The notes under the pieces: generated by a model
Told to the model about the DNA's origin: nothing
Seen by the model: only the letters and a program-made list of their open reading frames with translations
The model's database searches: none
Made by a program: the position numbers and the translations under genes
DNA from: an uncultured Planctomycetaceae bacterium
Lineage (GTDB): Bacteria > Planctomycetota > Planctomycetia > Pirellulales > PALSA-1355
Reading direction: 5' to 3'
NCBI GenBank assembly: GCA_963785305.1
Contig: CAWAUV010000002.1
Span: 224,001 to 288,000, forward strand
Length of the DNA: 64,000 nt
Shown here: piece after piece, positions 22,976 through 32,002 of the stretch
Layout of the letters: each line of letters begins with the position of its first letter
How positions within the stretch are numbered: the stretch's first letter is position 1

Positions 22976-24022
22976 CCGCCGACGGCGACGGTCACGGGTC
23001 GCGGGAGAAATCGCTCATAGGCTTGCACGAGGCCAAGGGCGGTGTGGTCCCAAGTTCGATTCGCGAGGATATGCTCCTTGAGTTCGCCGCGCGCGGGCGC
23101 TCGCCAAGCGCCTGCGATCGTTTCGCGAATATGGCTCACGTCGTAGGGATCGACATAGTCGACCAAGGGGCCGAAATAATCGGGCGGGCCGCCTCGGCTC
23201 GTGGCCACGACCTTGGCGCCCTGCGCCGCGGCCTCGAGCGCCACCAACCCCACGCCTTCATGCACGGATGGCAAACAAAACACTCGGCAGGCCGCATAGA
23301 GCGACTCGCGCACCGCGGCCGGCTGAAAGCCGAACAGCTTCACGCTCGGAAAACGCTGGGCGAGCGACTGAATTCGGTCGAGCGTCGGTCCCGGTTCGGC
23401 GAAGCCGGCAATCACCAGCGGGAGCCCCAGCGGTCCGACCGCTTCGATCAACCGGCAAACGTTCTTGCGCTCGTCGCTATAACGACTGATATGCAAGAGA
23501 AATTCATCGGGCAGGTCGAGCGATGCCCGGGCCAAGGCGGGATCGGCGGGCACGGGCCGATGGATGCCGTGGAGCACGATCTCGGTTTTGTCGGACGAAA
23601 TGCCCAAGCCGCGCACGACGCGTTCGCGTTCATGCTTCGAGCGACAAACCACGAGTCCGGCGGCAAGCGCTTGCCGCCGCATGACGCCGGGGATCGTTAG
23701 AATTCGATTCGGCCAAACGCAACCGACTTCGGCCGCGAGCCGGTAGCGCCAGAAGGATTCATTGCTATCGATCGCCGGCGAGAAACAAAGAAGGGGAATT
23801 CGGCTCGGAATCCGGAGACCTTCAATGGCATGGCAGCCGAGCCCGCCCAAAAAAAACTGCACCACATCGCACTGCCCCGGCTCATAGGGGCGCCAGGGAT
23901 CGAGGGCGGTGAAGTCATGGCCGCGCCAAGCAGCGCTTCGCCGATCATTCGCGCGCAGCCCTCACGCCTTCGCCCGGCTGGGCAAGCGCCGTGGTCGCCT
24001 GAATGAGAAAGCCGATCTTCAA
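22972..24022 (-). CDS. Glycosyltransferase family 4 (2 frameshifts in the 5' part)
   Basis: RKNVCRLIEA, PSVHEGVGLVALEAAAQG and YVDPYD in ORF 22972..23865. N-terminus MKIGFLIQ reconstructed from TTG at 24022. Confidence 0.82.
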
Positions 24023-24124
24023 GGTTATCTCGCTCGGGACTTGGTTGCGTTCGACGGGACGGGCCTCGAGCGCCACTCCGCGCCACGCCAAGCCACGAGC
24101 GAACCCGGTCGCGCAAGGGCCGGA

Positions 24125-25181
24125 TCACACATAACTCGGCTTTTCCGTGAGCTCGCGAAAGGGCGCGATGCGGTCGCGATTGTCGTCGGCGTATTCGCAG
24201 TCCTGATCGAAGAAAATAATCCGGCTTCCGGTCGACTCGAATTTGAACGGCACATGAATCAATCGCTCGAGTCGAGTTCGCACGGCCGCTTGGCGTTCGG
24301 GCGGCACGAACAGCAGGATGAATCCGCCCCCACCCGCGCCGAGCAGCTTGCCGCCAATCGCGCCGGCGGCCAGTGCCTCTTCATAAATCCCGTCGACCGA
24401 GTCGTTCGACACGCTGGCGCTGAGCTGCCGCTTGGCGACCCAGGCTTCGTGCAAAAGTTGGCCAAAGGCGGCCAAGGGCTCGCTACCCGAGAGAACCGAC
24501 ATTCCCTCATCGACCAGATCGGTCATGATCCGCATTTGGCGACGACTTGGTTCGAGGTCTCGGGCAAATTCGCCCGCCACGTCGTTGGCGGTGCGTTTGA
24601 TGCCGGTGAAGAACAGCATCAGGCTGGCGTTGAGCTCCGCGATTCGTTCCCGGGGAAGAATCACCGGGTGGACGACGATTTCGCCATTCGGGAGAAATCG
24701 AATCAGATTGAATCCGCCATGAGCGGCAAGTGTTTGATCTTGCGAACCGACCGCCTCGCGCAGCACGGTTTGCTCGATATGCAGCGCCTCGTCGACCAAC
24801 TGCTGCTTGCCGACCATGCGCCCTTCGAGCGCGTGCAATCCATTGAGCAGACCGACGGTAAACGACGAGCTCGAGCCGATGCCGCTGCGCGGGCAGGTCG
24901 GCGTCGTGATGAATCTCCATGCCGTGGCGAACTTGCAAATAACGCAGCGATTCGCGCACCGAGGGATGCTGAATTTCGTCGATCGTTTGTCGGTTTTCCA
25001 TCTTCGAATACACCACCCGATAGCGATGCTCGAAGAAGGGCGGCAAGCGGCGAAGCGAGATATAGCAATATTTGTCGATGGTCGTGGCCAGCACCATGCC
25101 GCCATGCTTGCGATACCAGGCCGGATAATCGGTTCCCCCGCCGAGAAACGAGATGCGAAAGGGAGTGCGGCTGATGATCAT
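24125..25181 (-). CDS. hddA: D-glycero-alpha-D-manno-heptose-7-phosphate kinase (GHMP family; frameshift near 24890)
   Basis: MIISRTPFRISFLGGGTDYP, (P)xSGIGSSSSF, VGSQDQ, GGKLLGAGGGGF. Confidence 0.85.
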
Positions 25182-25242
25182 GGCCCGTTAGCCTCGCGTT
25201 CGTGAATCCAATAAAATGAATCGAGCGCCGCGGAGCCCTTCG

Positions 25243-25806
25243 TTAGCCGCGCTCCGCGGCGGCGCCCAAGAGGCTCTCCACGACCCGAGCGGCTTGCGAC
25301 AGGTCGTCGACCGTGTAATCCGCCAGCGCATACCCGGCGGCGGCCAGTTCGACGCCGTAGCCGGTTCGCACCAGAAACGTGGTCGCGTCAGCCGCTCGCC
25401 CGAGCTCCACATCGCATGCCTTATCCCCCATGATAAAGCACTCGGCCGGCGCGAACCGGTGTTCGGCGGCGGCGCGCAGCAGCAACCCGGTCGAGGGCTT
25501 GCGGCACGCGCAGCCATCGTCGGGCAGATGGGGGCAAACATAAATTCCGTCGAGCGAAACCCCCTCGGCGGCGAGCATCTCGCTCATCCGATGGTGGATC
25601 GACTCCAAACACGCCGTGTCGAAATAACCGCGGGCCAAGCCCGATTGATTCGTCACCACGATCAATCCCAGGCCAAGCTCCGCGAGAGTTCGCATTCCAA
25701 CCGCCGCGCCGGGCAGCAATTCGACCTGTTCCGGATCGGCCAGATACACACGTTCGCGAATGATGGTTCCGTCGCGATCAAGCACCGCAAACCGCCGCGA
25801 ACCCAT
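25243..25806 (-). CDS. gmhB: D-glycero-D-manno-heptose-1,7-bisphosphate phosphatase
   Basis: LDRDGTI, VVTNQSGLARG, CPHxxxxxCxCRKP, GDKACD, LVRTGYG. Confidence 0.92.
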   Translation of the reverse strand: MGSRRFAVLDRDGTIIRERVYLADPEQVELLPGAAVGMRTLAELGLGLIVVTNQSGLARGYFDTACLESIHHRMSEMLAAEGVSLDGIYVCPHLPDDGCACRKPSTGLLLRAAAEHRFAPAECFIMGDKACDVELGRAADATTFLVRTGYGVELAAAGYALADYTVDDLSQAARVVESLLGAAAERG

Positions 25807-26543
25807 CAGTCCGAGCTCCTCGAGAAAAACTCGGCCGCCGCGGCGTACGATTCCGGGGTGCCGATATCGATGAAGCGTCCCTGGCCTCGGTGGCCGAACA
25901 GACCGCGGCCGATCCAGGCCGGAAACACCTCTCTTTCCAATGATACCTCTCGATGTGGTGAAATGGAATCGAGCAGGTCGCGACCGAGCACATAAACCCC
26001 CGCATTGATCCAGCCGGGCTCCTCGCGTTCGGATTTTTCCGCAAATTCGAGCACCCGGCCCGTGTCGTCGAGCCGCACCCGTCCATAGCGACGTGCGTCG
26101 TCGACATGTGCCAGCAGTAGCGTGCCAGCGGCCCCATGAGCCCGATGCCAGGCCACCAACTCGGCAAGATCGGCGTCAACCGCCGAATCGCCATTGATCA
26201 CCAGCACCGGGTCCGACGGTATTTTAGGCGCCGCCAATCGCAACGCGCCGCCGGTGCCCAAGGGCTGTGTCTCGCGCGAATAAATCAAGCGCAGGCCCTG
26301 GTAGCTGGCGCCGAAAGCATTCTCGATCTGCTCCGCGCGGTAGCCGGTGCAGAGCGCCACGTCGACAATCCCCGCCGCCGCGAGCCGATCCAGCAGCCAA
26401 GCCAAGAACGGCCGGCCGCCGATCTCGGCCAGCGCCTTCGGCCGATCGGAGACCGCCGATTGAAGTCGAGTTCCCTTGCCGCCGGCAAGAATCGCGGCGG
26501 TGATGTTCTTCAATTCGCTCGGCGGCGGCAGGATCGTTGGCAT
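25806..26543 (-). CDS. hddC: Heptose-1-phosphate guanylyltransferase-like nucleotidyltransferase
   Basis: ILAGGKGTRL, PKALA, PLGTGGA, VINGDS, INAGVY, SLEREVFP, FIDIGTPESY; adjacent to gmhB and hddA. Confidence 0.8.
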   Translation of the reverse strand: MPTILPPPSELKNITAAILAGGKGTRLQSAVSDRPKALAEIGGRPFLAWLLDRLAAAGIVDVALCTGYRAEQIENAFGASYQGLRLIYSRETQPLGTGGALRLAAPKIPSDPVLVINGDSAVDADLAELVAWHRAHGAAGTLLLAHVDDARRYGRVRLDDTGRVLEFAEKSEREEPGWINAGVYVLGRDLLDSISPHREVSLEREVFPAWIGRGLFGHRGQGRFIDIGTPESYAAAAEFFSRSSD

Positions 26544-26721
26544 AAGGCGCGGCATTCCTATCCTCGAATTGTCTAAAAGTCCGCGAGCATCACGCGCCAG
26601 ACGGCGAGCCGTCCCTATTCGCCCGAGAATCGCGGCGATAAAATAATGCGGCGCCGCGGCGAGACACCCGCTTCGATCGCACTTATCATAACAACGTTCA
26701 CGCATCGCCGGAATCAATGCC

Positions 26722-27541
26722 ATGGGCTCGTTCTTCGTCCATTTGTTGCCGCGACATGTCGAAGAATCGGTCCTCGCCGACAGCGTGGCGGTGGTGGTCG
26801 ATGTGCTGCGGGCCACGACCACCATGAGCCACGCGCTCGCCAATGGCGCCCGCGATGTGTGGCCATGTTTGGAAGTCGACGACGCGCTCGCCATTGCCGC
26901 GGCCCTGCCAAGCGAAACACGCCTACTGGGCGGCGAACGCGGCGGCGCCCGGATCGATGGATTCGATTTCGGCAATTCACCCGGCGATTACACCCCCGAG
27001 CGCGTCGCGGGGCGGACCGTGGTCTTCACCACCACGAACGGCACTCGGGCGCTCTTGCATTGCCGCTCGGCGGCGCGCGTCGCCCTGGGGGCGTTCGTGA
27101 ATTTGCAGCGCGCTCTGCCGCGAGTTGGCGCCGATTGTCGGCCGGGAGGGAGGCGTCGTGCATATCGTGTGCGCCGGAACCGGCGGCGAAGTTTCTTATG
27201 AAGACACCTTGTTTGCCGGCGCCCTGGCCGACCGACTCCTGCCGTTGGCGGTCGAGGCCAATGATTCGGCCCAACTGGCCGCGGCGGCTTGGCGGGGAAG
27301 TTTCGCGGATTCGGTCCGGTGGCAGACACCCGCCGATTTGCCGCCGGCGATCGTGGCGGCCGACCGGCAGTCGCTCGCGGCGCTCTTGCGCGAGGGACGC
27401 GGTGGACGGAACTGCCTTCGTCTCGGGCTCGACCTGGATATCGACCAGACCGCGGCGATCAACGCGCTTGATGTCGTTCCCGAATTCCTTGCTTCGACGG
27501 GTCGGGTTACCCTGCCCACGAGGCGGGCGGCCGGCCCTTGA
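26722..27541 (+). CDS. comB: 2-phosphosulfolactate phosphatase family protein (frameshift near 27120)
   Basis: VVVDVLRATTT, GERGG, FDFGNSP, TTTNGT, then IVCAG...EDTLFAG in the next frame. Confidence 0.88.
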
Positions 27542-27826
27542 GCAGGCGGTGGCGACCCTCGGGATTTTGGCGCCCTGATTTCCGTGGACCGCGCCGGCGG
27601 TTAAGATATTAGTGCTCTGCCACGGCTCAAAACGGGGGCGCCATTTCCACGCAAGCGTGGGCATGGCGCACGATCCCTGAATTATGCGTTGACACTGCAC
27701 TAGGCTTGCTTCGCGAAGGTCGGGCCGATCTCGAGTTCGAGGATCGTCGCCAGGCTTGTGCGATTTGTCCCGTCGCGTTCACCACTCTTCTCTTCTTTGC
27801 CCACGACCCGCGCGGAGGTTGATCGA

Positions 27827-28936
27827 ATGAAACGCATCGTTAGATGTTCGCTCGTGGCCGTGATGTTGTTCACGGCCTGGGACTTCTCGAGCCCGGCATT
27901 TGGGCAAAAGCGGATCGTGCGTGGTCGGGCGGGCATGGCCGCGCCGCCAAGCAAGGAATCGAGCGCTCCCGACGACACGGAAATGGAGCAGGCCGAGCCG
28001 GCCAGCGACCCGGTCGATCCGGACATCGTGCGGCTGCATTTGATGGACGGCTCGATGATCACCGGCAAGCTCTCGATCGCCGAGCTTCAAGTCGAGACTC
28101 CCTACGGCACGCTCACCACGCCGGTGCGGCAACTCCGCAGCTTCACGCCGGGCCTGATCAATCACCCGGACCTCGGCAAGCAAATCCACGACCTGATCGA
28201 AGCGCTGGGATCGAATCAATTCGAGACGCGCGAAAAGGCGCAGCGCGCGCTGCTCAAGATCGGCAAGCCGCTGCGTGTCGAATTGGAAAAACGATTGCAC
28301 GATCCGGACCACGAGCGGCGCACCCGCATCAAGGGCATTCTCGATGAATTCGACGAAGACACCGACGACGACTCCGAGGAATCCGCCGGCGCGACGCAAA
28401 CGATCATGGAGCGCGATCAGGTCGAGACCTCGGAATTCACGATCGTCGGCCGCATTCTCACGCCCACGTTGAGCATCACCAGCAACTATGGCCCGCTCAC
28501 GGTCAAGATCAGCGATGTGCGTCGCGGCGAGCGAGACGCGCCACGGCGGTCTGAAATCCGCCGCACGATCGGCGTCGATGGCTCATGTATCGTGAGCAAA
28601 CTGATGAAAGACACGCGCATTCACCTCGAGCGCGGCGATCGGGTCACGATCACGGCCGAGGGTTCGATAATCATGGCGCCCTGGGGCAATGGCGCCACCT
28701 GTGGACCCGATGGCGCCGGCAACTACGGCTGGTACATCCAGGGTCAGATTCCGAGCGGAGCGCTCGTGGGCGTGATCGGCCGTGGCGACAGTGTATTCAA
28801 GCTCGGCTCGAAAGCATCGTTTACCGCGGAGCGAAGCGGAGTCTTGCGGCTGGCCATCGCCATGCAAAGCGACTACGCCGAGCAGAATTTCCCCGGCCGC
28901 TATACGGTGAAGATACGGGTCGAGCCACGACGGTAA
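27827..28936 (+). CDS. Exported hypothetical protein with a helical middle region and a C-terminal PA-IL/LecA-like beta domain
   Basis: GGAGG RBS, signal peptide, LIEALGSNQFETREKAQRALL helix pair, C-terminal GDRVTITAEG...GPDG...GALVGVIG...SGVLRLAI. Confidence 0.6.
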   Translation: MKRIVRCSLVAVMLFTAWDFSSPAFGQKRIVRGRAGMAAPPSKESSAPDDTEMEQAEPASDPVDPDIVRLHLMDGSMITGKLSIAELQVETPYGTLTTPVRQLRSFTPGLINHPDLGKQIHDLIEALGSNQFETREKAQRALLKIGKPLRVELEKRLHDPDHERRTRIKGILDEFDEDTDDDSEESAGATQTIMERDQVETSEFTIVGRILTPTLSITSNYGPLTVKISDVRRGERDAPRRSEIRRTIGVDGSCIVSKLMKDTRIHLERGDRVTITAEGSIIMAPWGNGATCGPDGAGNYGWYIQGQIPSGALVGVIGRGDSVFKLGSKASFTAERSGVLRLAIAMQSDYAEQNFPGRYTVKIRVEPRR

Positions 28937-29031
28937 TGTGCCAAAGATCGAGCGTCGCGGCTCGGCGCCGCTTGGCGGATCGTGGGTCGAACGCGGTCGG
29001 CATCCAATTTTTTTGGGAAGGTTGTTTTCAG

Positions 29032-30060
29032 ATGCGCTGCTGGCAAGGTTTAATTCTCGTTTCGCTCGCTTGGTTCGCTTCCGCCGCGATGTCGGCCTTG
29101 GCCGATGAAACAGCCGACTCCGCTTTCGCCGCGAACAAGCGACTGGGCCGCGGCATCAATCTGGGCAACGCGCTCGATGCGCCTAGCGAAGGCGCCTGGG
29201 GCGTGACGCTCGAAGACGCTTATTTCCAGTGGATCGCAGAAGCCGGCTTCGACTCCGTGCGGCTGCCGGTCAATTGGGCCGCGCATGCCGATAAGGAGCC
29301 GCCTTACACGATCCACTCGACCTTCGCCGCCCGCGTCGATTGGGCGGTTGCCGAGGCCTTAAAGCACAAGCTGGCGGTCGTGGTGAATATCCATCACTAT
29401 GCCGGCATGGACGACGCGCCCGACGAGAATATCGCTCGTTGCGAAGCGCTTTGGAAACAGATCGCCGAGCGCTATTCCAGCCGACCCGACGATGTGATCT
29501 TCGAGCTGCTCAACGAGCCCCACGGCAAGCTCACCGACGAGCGCTGGAACGCGATGATCCCCCGGCTGCTCGCGAACGTGCGGCCTTCGAATCCGCGTCG
29601 GGCCGTGGTCGTGGGCCCTAGCCAATGGAACAGCATCGATCATCTCGCGAAATTGGAGTTGCCCGAGAACGATCGGGCCCTGATCGCCACCGTGCATTAT
29701 TATCTGCCGTTTCATTTCACCCATCAGAACGCGCCCTGGGTGCAAGGCAGTGAAAAATGGACCGATGTTTCTTGGACCGGCGATGCAAAACAGCGCAAGG
29801 CGCTTGCCGACGCCTTTGAGCAAGCCGGTCGCTGGGGCCGGGAACACCGTCGGCCGATCTATCTCGGCGAGTTCGGCGCCTACTCGAAGGCCCCGCTTGA
29901 GCAGCGCGTGCTTTGGACCCGGGCCGTGGTGGATGAAGCGGAAAAACAGGGCATGAGTTGGGCCTATTGGGAGTTCTGCTCGGGCTTCGGCGCTTTTGAT
30001 CCTCAAGCCCGCAAATGGCGGCTGGAATTGCTTGACGAGCTCGTTGGGCCGCGGCGCTGA
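29032..30060 (+). CDS. Glycoside hydrolase family 5 (endoglucanase-like), secreted
   Basis: Signal peptide, GRGINLGNALDAP, VRLPVNW, acid/base FELLNEP, VHYY, nucleophile YLGEFG, WAYWEF. Confidence 0.92.
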   Translation: MRCWQGLILVSLAWFASAAMSALADETADSAFAANKRLGRGINLGNALDAPSEGAWGVTLEDAYFQWIAEAGFDSVRLPVNWAAHADKEPPYTIHSTFAARVDWAVAEALKHKLAVVVNIHHYAGMDDAPDENIARCEALWKQIAERYSSRPDDVIFELLNEPHGKLTDERWNAMIPRLLANVRPSNPRRAVVVGPSQWNSIDHLAKLELPENDRALIATVHYYLPFHFTHQNAPWVQGSEKWTDVSWTGDAKQRKALADAFEQAGRWGREHRRPIYLGEFGAYSKAPLEQRVLWTRAVVDEAEKQGMSWAYWEFCSGFGAFDPQARKWRLELLDELVGPRR

Positions 30061-30302
30061 ACAATCCGGCGCCGAATAGTCGCTTGTCGACGCTCGGGCC
30101 GCTAATGTCACCCGACTCCGTCGCTCATGAGCTGATCGTTTGGCCGCTTGCCTCCACGATCCGTGGGCCGTACGATGCGTGCGGTCGCGAGATCACGCGT
30201 TGCCATGTCAACGAGCGCGGTTTGCCCGGCGCCGGGTCGTGTCCGTCGCCGGATCGTGGAGCCCGCGACATTCGCCCACTTGTTTGAAAGGATTGCCCAA
30301 TC

Positions 30303-31337
30303 ATGGCGGCCGAATCCAAACATCAGATGTGCGCGGTTCAAGTCCCATCGCCCGGCGGCCCGCTCGAGCTCGTGCATCGCCCCATTCCCCAAGCAGGCCG
30401 CGGACAGGCTTTGCTCAAGGTCGAGGCCTGCGGCATTTGCCATAGCGATTCGCTCACCAAGGAAGGACACATGCCCGGCATTGCATATCCGCGCGTGCCC
30501 GGTCATGAAGTGGTCGGCGTGATCGCGTCGCTGGGCGAAGGCGTGCGACGGTGGAAGGTCGGCCAGCGCGTGGGCGTGGGTTGGCATGGCGGACATTGCG
30601 GATACTGCGAGCGCTGCCGGCGCGGCGATATGGTGCTTTGCCAAGAGAATATCGTGCCCGGCATCGCGTTTGACGGCGGCTATGCCGATTACATGGTGGT
30701 CTCGGCCGAAGCGCTCGCCAGCGTGCCCGACGATCTCTCGAGCGTCGAGGCGGCGCCGCTGCTTTGCGCGGGTATCACGACTTTCAATGCCATTCGCCAG
30801 AGCGACGCGCGGGCGGGCGACCTGGTGGCGGTGCTCGGTATTGGTGGTCTCGGGCACTTGGGAGTGCAGTTCGCCGCCAAAATGGGATTTCGCGTCGTGG
30901 CGATCGCGCGGGGCCAAGACAAGGCCGCGTTCGCCCATGAACTTGGCGCCACGCATTACATCGACAGCCAAGCCGAAGATGTCGCCAAGGCGCTCCAGTC
31001 CCTCGGCGGCGCCAAGCTGATTCTCGCGACCGTCACGAGCAGCGAAGCCATGAGCGCCGCCGTGGGCGGGCTGGGTTACAAGGGCACGATGGTCGTCGTG
31101 GGCGTGTCGCCCGAACCGATCCAGGTCTCGCCGATGTCGCTCATCATGGGCCGCCGCGCCGTGACCGGCTCGGCCAGCGGCGTGGCGATCGAGTCCGAAG
31201 ACACGTTTAACTTCAGCCTGCTGAGCGGGGTGCGGCCGCTCGTCGAACGCTATCCGCTGGAGCGAGCCGCCGAAGCCTACGATCGCATGATGAGCGGTAA
31301 AGCCCGCTTCCGCGTGGTGCTTGAAATGGGCCAGTAG
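30303..31337 (+). CDS. Zinc-dependent alcohol dehydrogenase
   Basis: CGICHSD, PGHEVVG, CGYCERCRRGDMVLC, APLLCAGIT, GIGGLGHLG, ARFRVVL. Confidence 0.95.
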   Translation: MAAESKHQMCAVQVPSPGGPLELVHRPIPQAGRGQALLKVEACGICHSDSLTKEGHMPGIAYPRVPGHEVVGVIASLGEGVRRWKVGQRVGVGWHGGHCGYCERCRRGDMVLCQENIVPGIAFDGGYADYMVVSAEALASVPDDLSSVEAAPLLCAGITTFNAIRQSDARAGDLVAVLGIGGLGHLGVQFAAKMGFRVVAIARGQDKAAFAHELGATHYIDSQAEDVAKALQSLGGAKLILATVTSSEAMSAAVGGLGYKGTMVVVGVSPEPIQVSPMSLIMGRRAVTGSASGVAIESEDTFNFSLLSGVRPLVERYPLERAAEAYDRMMSGKARFRVVLEMGQ

Positions 31338-31599
31338 ACGCCGCGGCGGTAGCCTCCGTGACTTGCGTCATTGCGGCTCGCTGCTCGGAAACCCCATGCG
31401 CGGTCCTGCCGATAAGCATCTCGGTCGGCCTGTCGGGTTGCCCCTCGACGCGCTCCAGGATTTCGCTTCGGGCTACTGGCACTTCGCGCGGGGCTTCGAT
31501 TCCCAGCCGCACTACTCCGCTGCGCGTGGCAAGCACGGTGATCGTGATATTGCCGTTGATGACGAGGGCTTCGCCCTGCTTGCGCGAAAGAATGAGCAT
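31213..31599 (-). CDS. csrA: Carbon storage regulator CsrA family (3' end uncertain)
   Basis: MLILSRKQGEALVINGNITITVL...VRLGIEAPREVPVARSEI after AGGGAGGA. The tail as read overlaps the ADH gene by 125 nt. Confidence 0.88.
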   Translation of the reverse strand: MLILSRKQGEALVINGNITITVLATRSGVVRLGIEAPREVPVARSEILERVEGQPDRPTEMLIGRTAHGVSEQRAAMTQVTEATAAASTGPFQAPRGSGLYRSSCDRRLRRLAPADSVRRAAAPRSAG

Positions 31600-31687
31600 G
31601 GTTCTTGGTCCTCCCTGACTGGTTCGTCGCTTCGAAAAACCGCCGCCGCTGGACTGCCGTGTGTTCGTCTCCCTCACGACGCCGGGA

Positions 31688-31716
31688 ATTCTACCGCGAT
31701 ACTATACACCTGTCAA
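31688..31716 (-). promoter_or_regulatory. Sigma-70 promoter of csrA
   Basis: Minus strand TTGACA-N17-TAGAAT, about 90 nt upstream of the csrA ATG. Confidence 0.7.
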
Positions 31717-32002
31717 CCTAGTCCCAAAGCGATTTTTTTCGCCCGCCTTTGTGACCCGGACGCGTTCCCGCGCATATCTCCCGATTCCGCCATGACCGCG
31801 CGTGAATTTCCGACAAAACCCCTCGAAACCCCCGGGACATTGGACAATCGCGCGGATTCGACGAGAGCCGCGAGAGAGCTGGTAACGACGGGCGGCTCCC
31901 AGCGACAATCCGAGGCGAGGCTTTTGGAATTCAACCGTGCGCGTCGAACACGCGGCGGCGGAGCGAGGGGTTCGGCGCGGGAACGGGGCCGACTCGCCCC
32001 GC

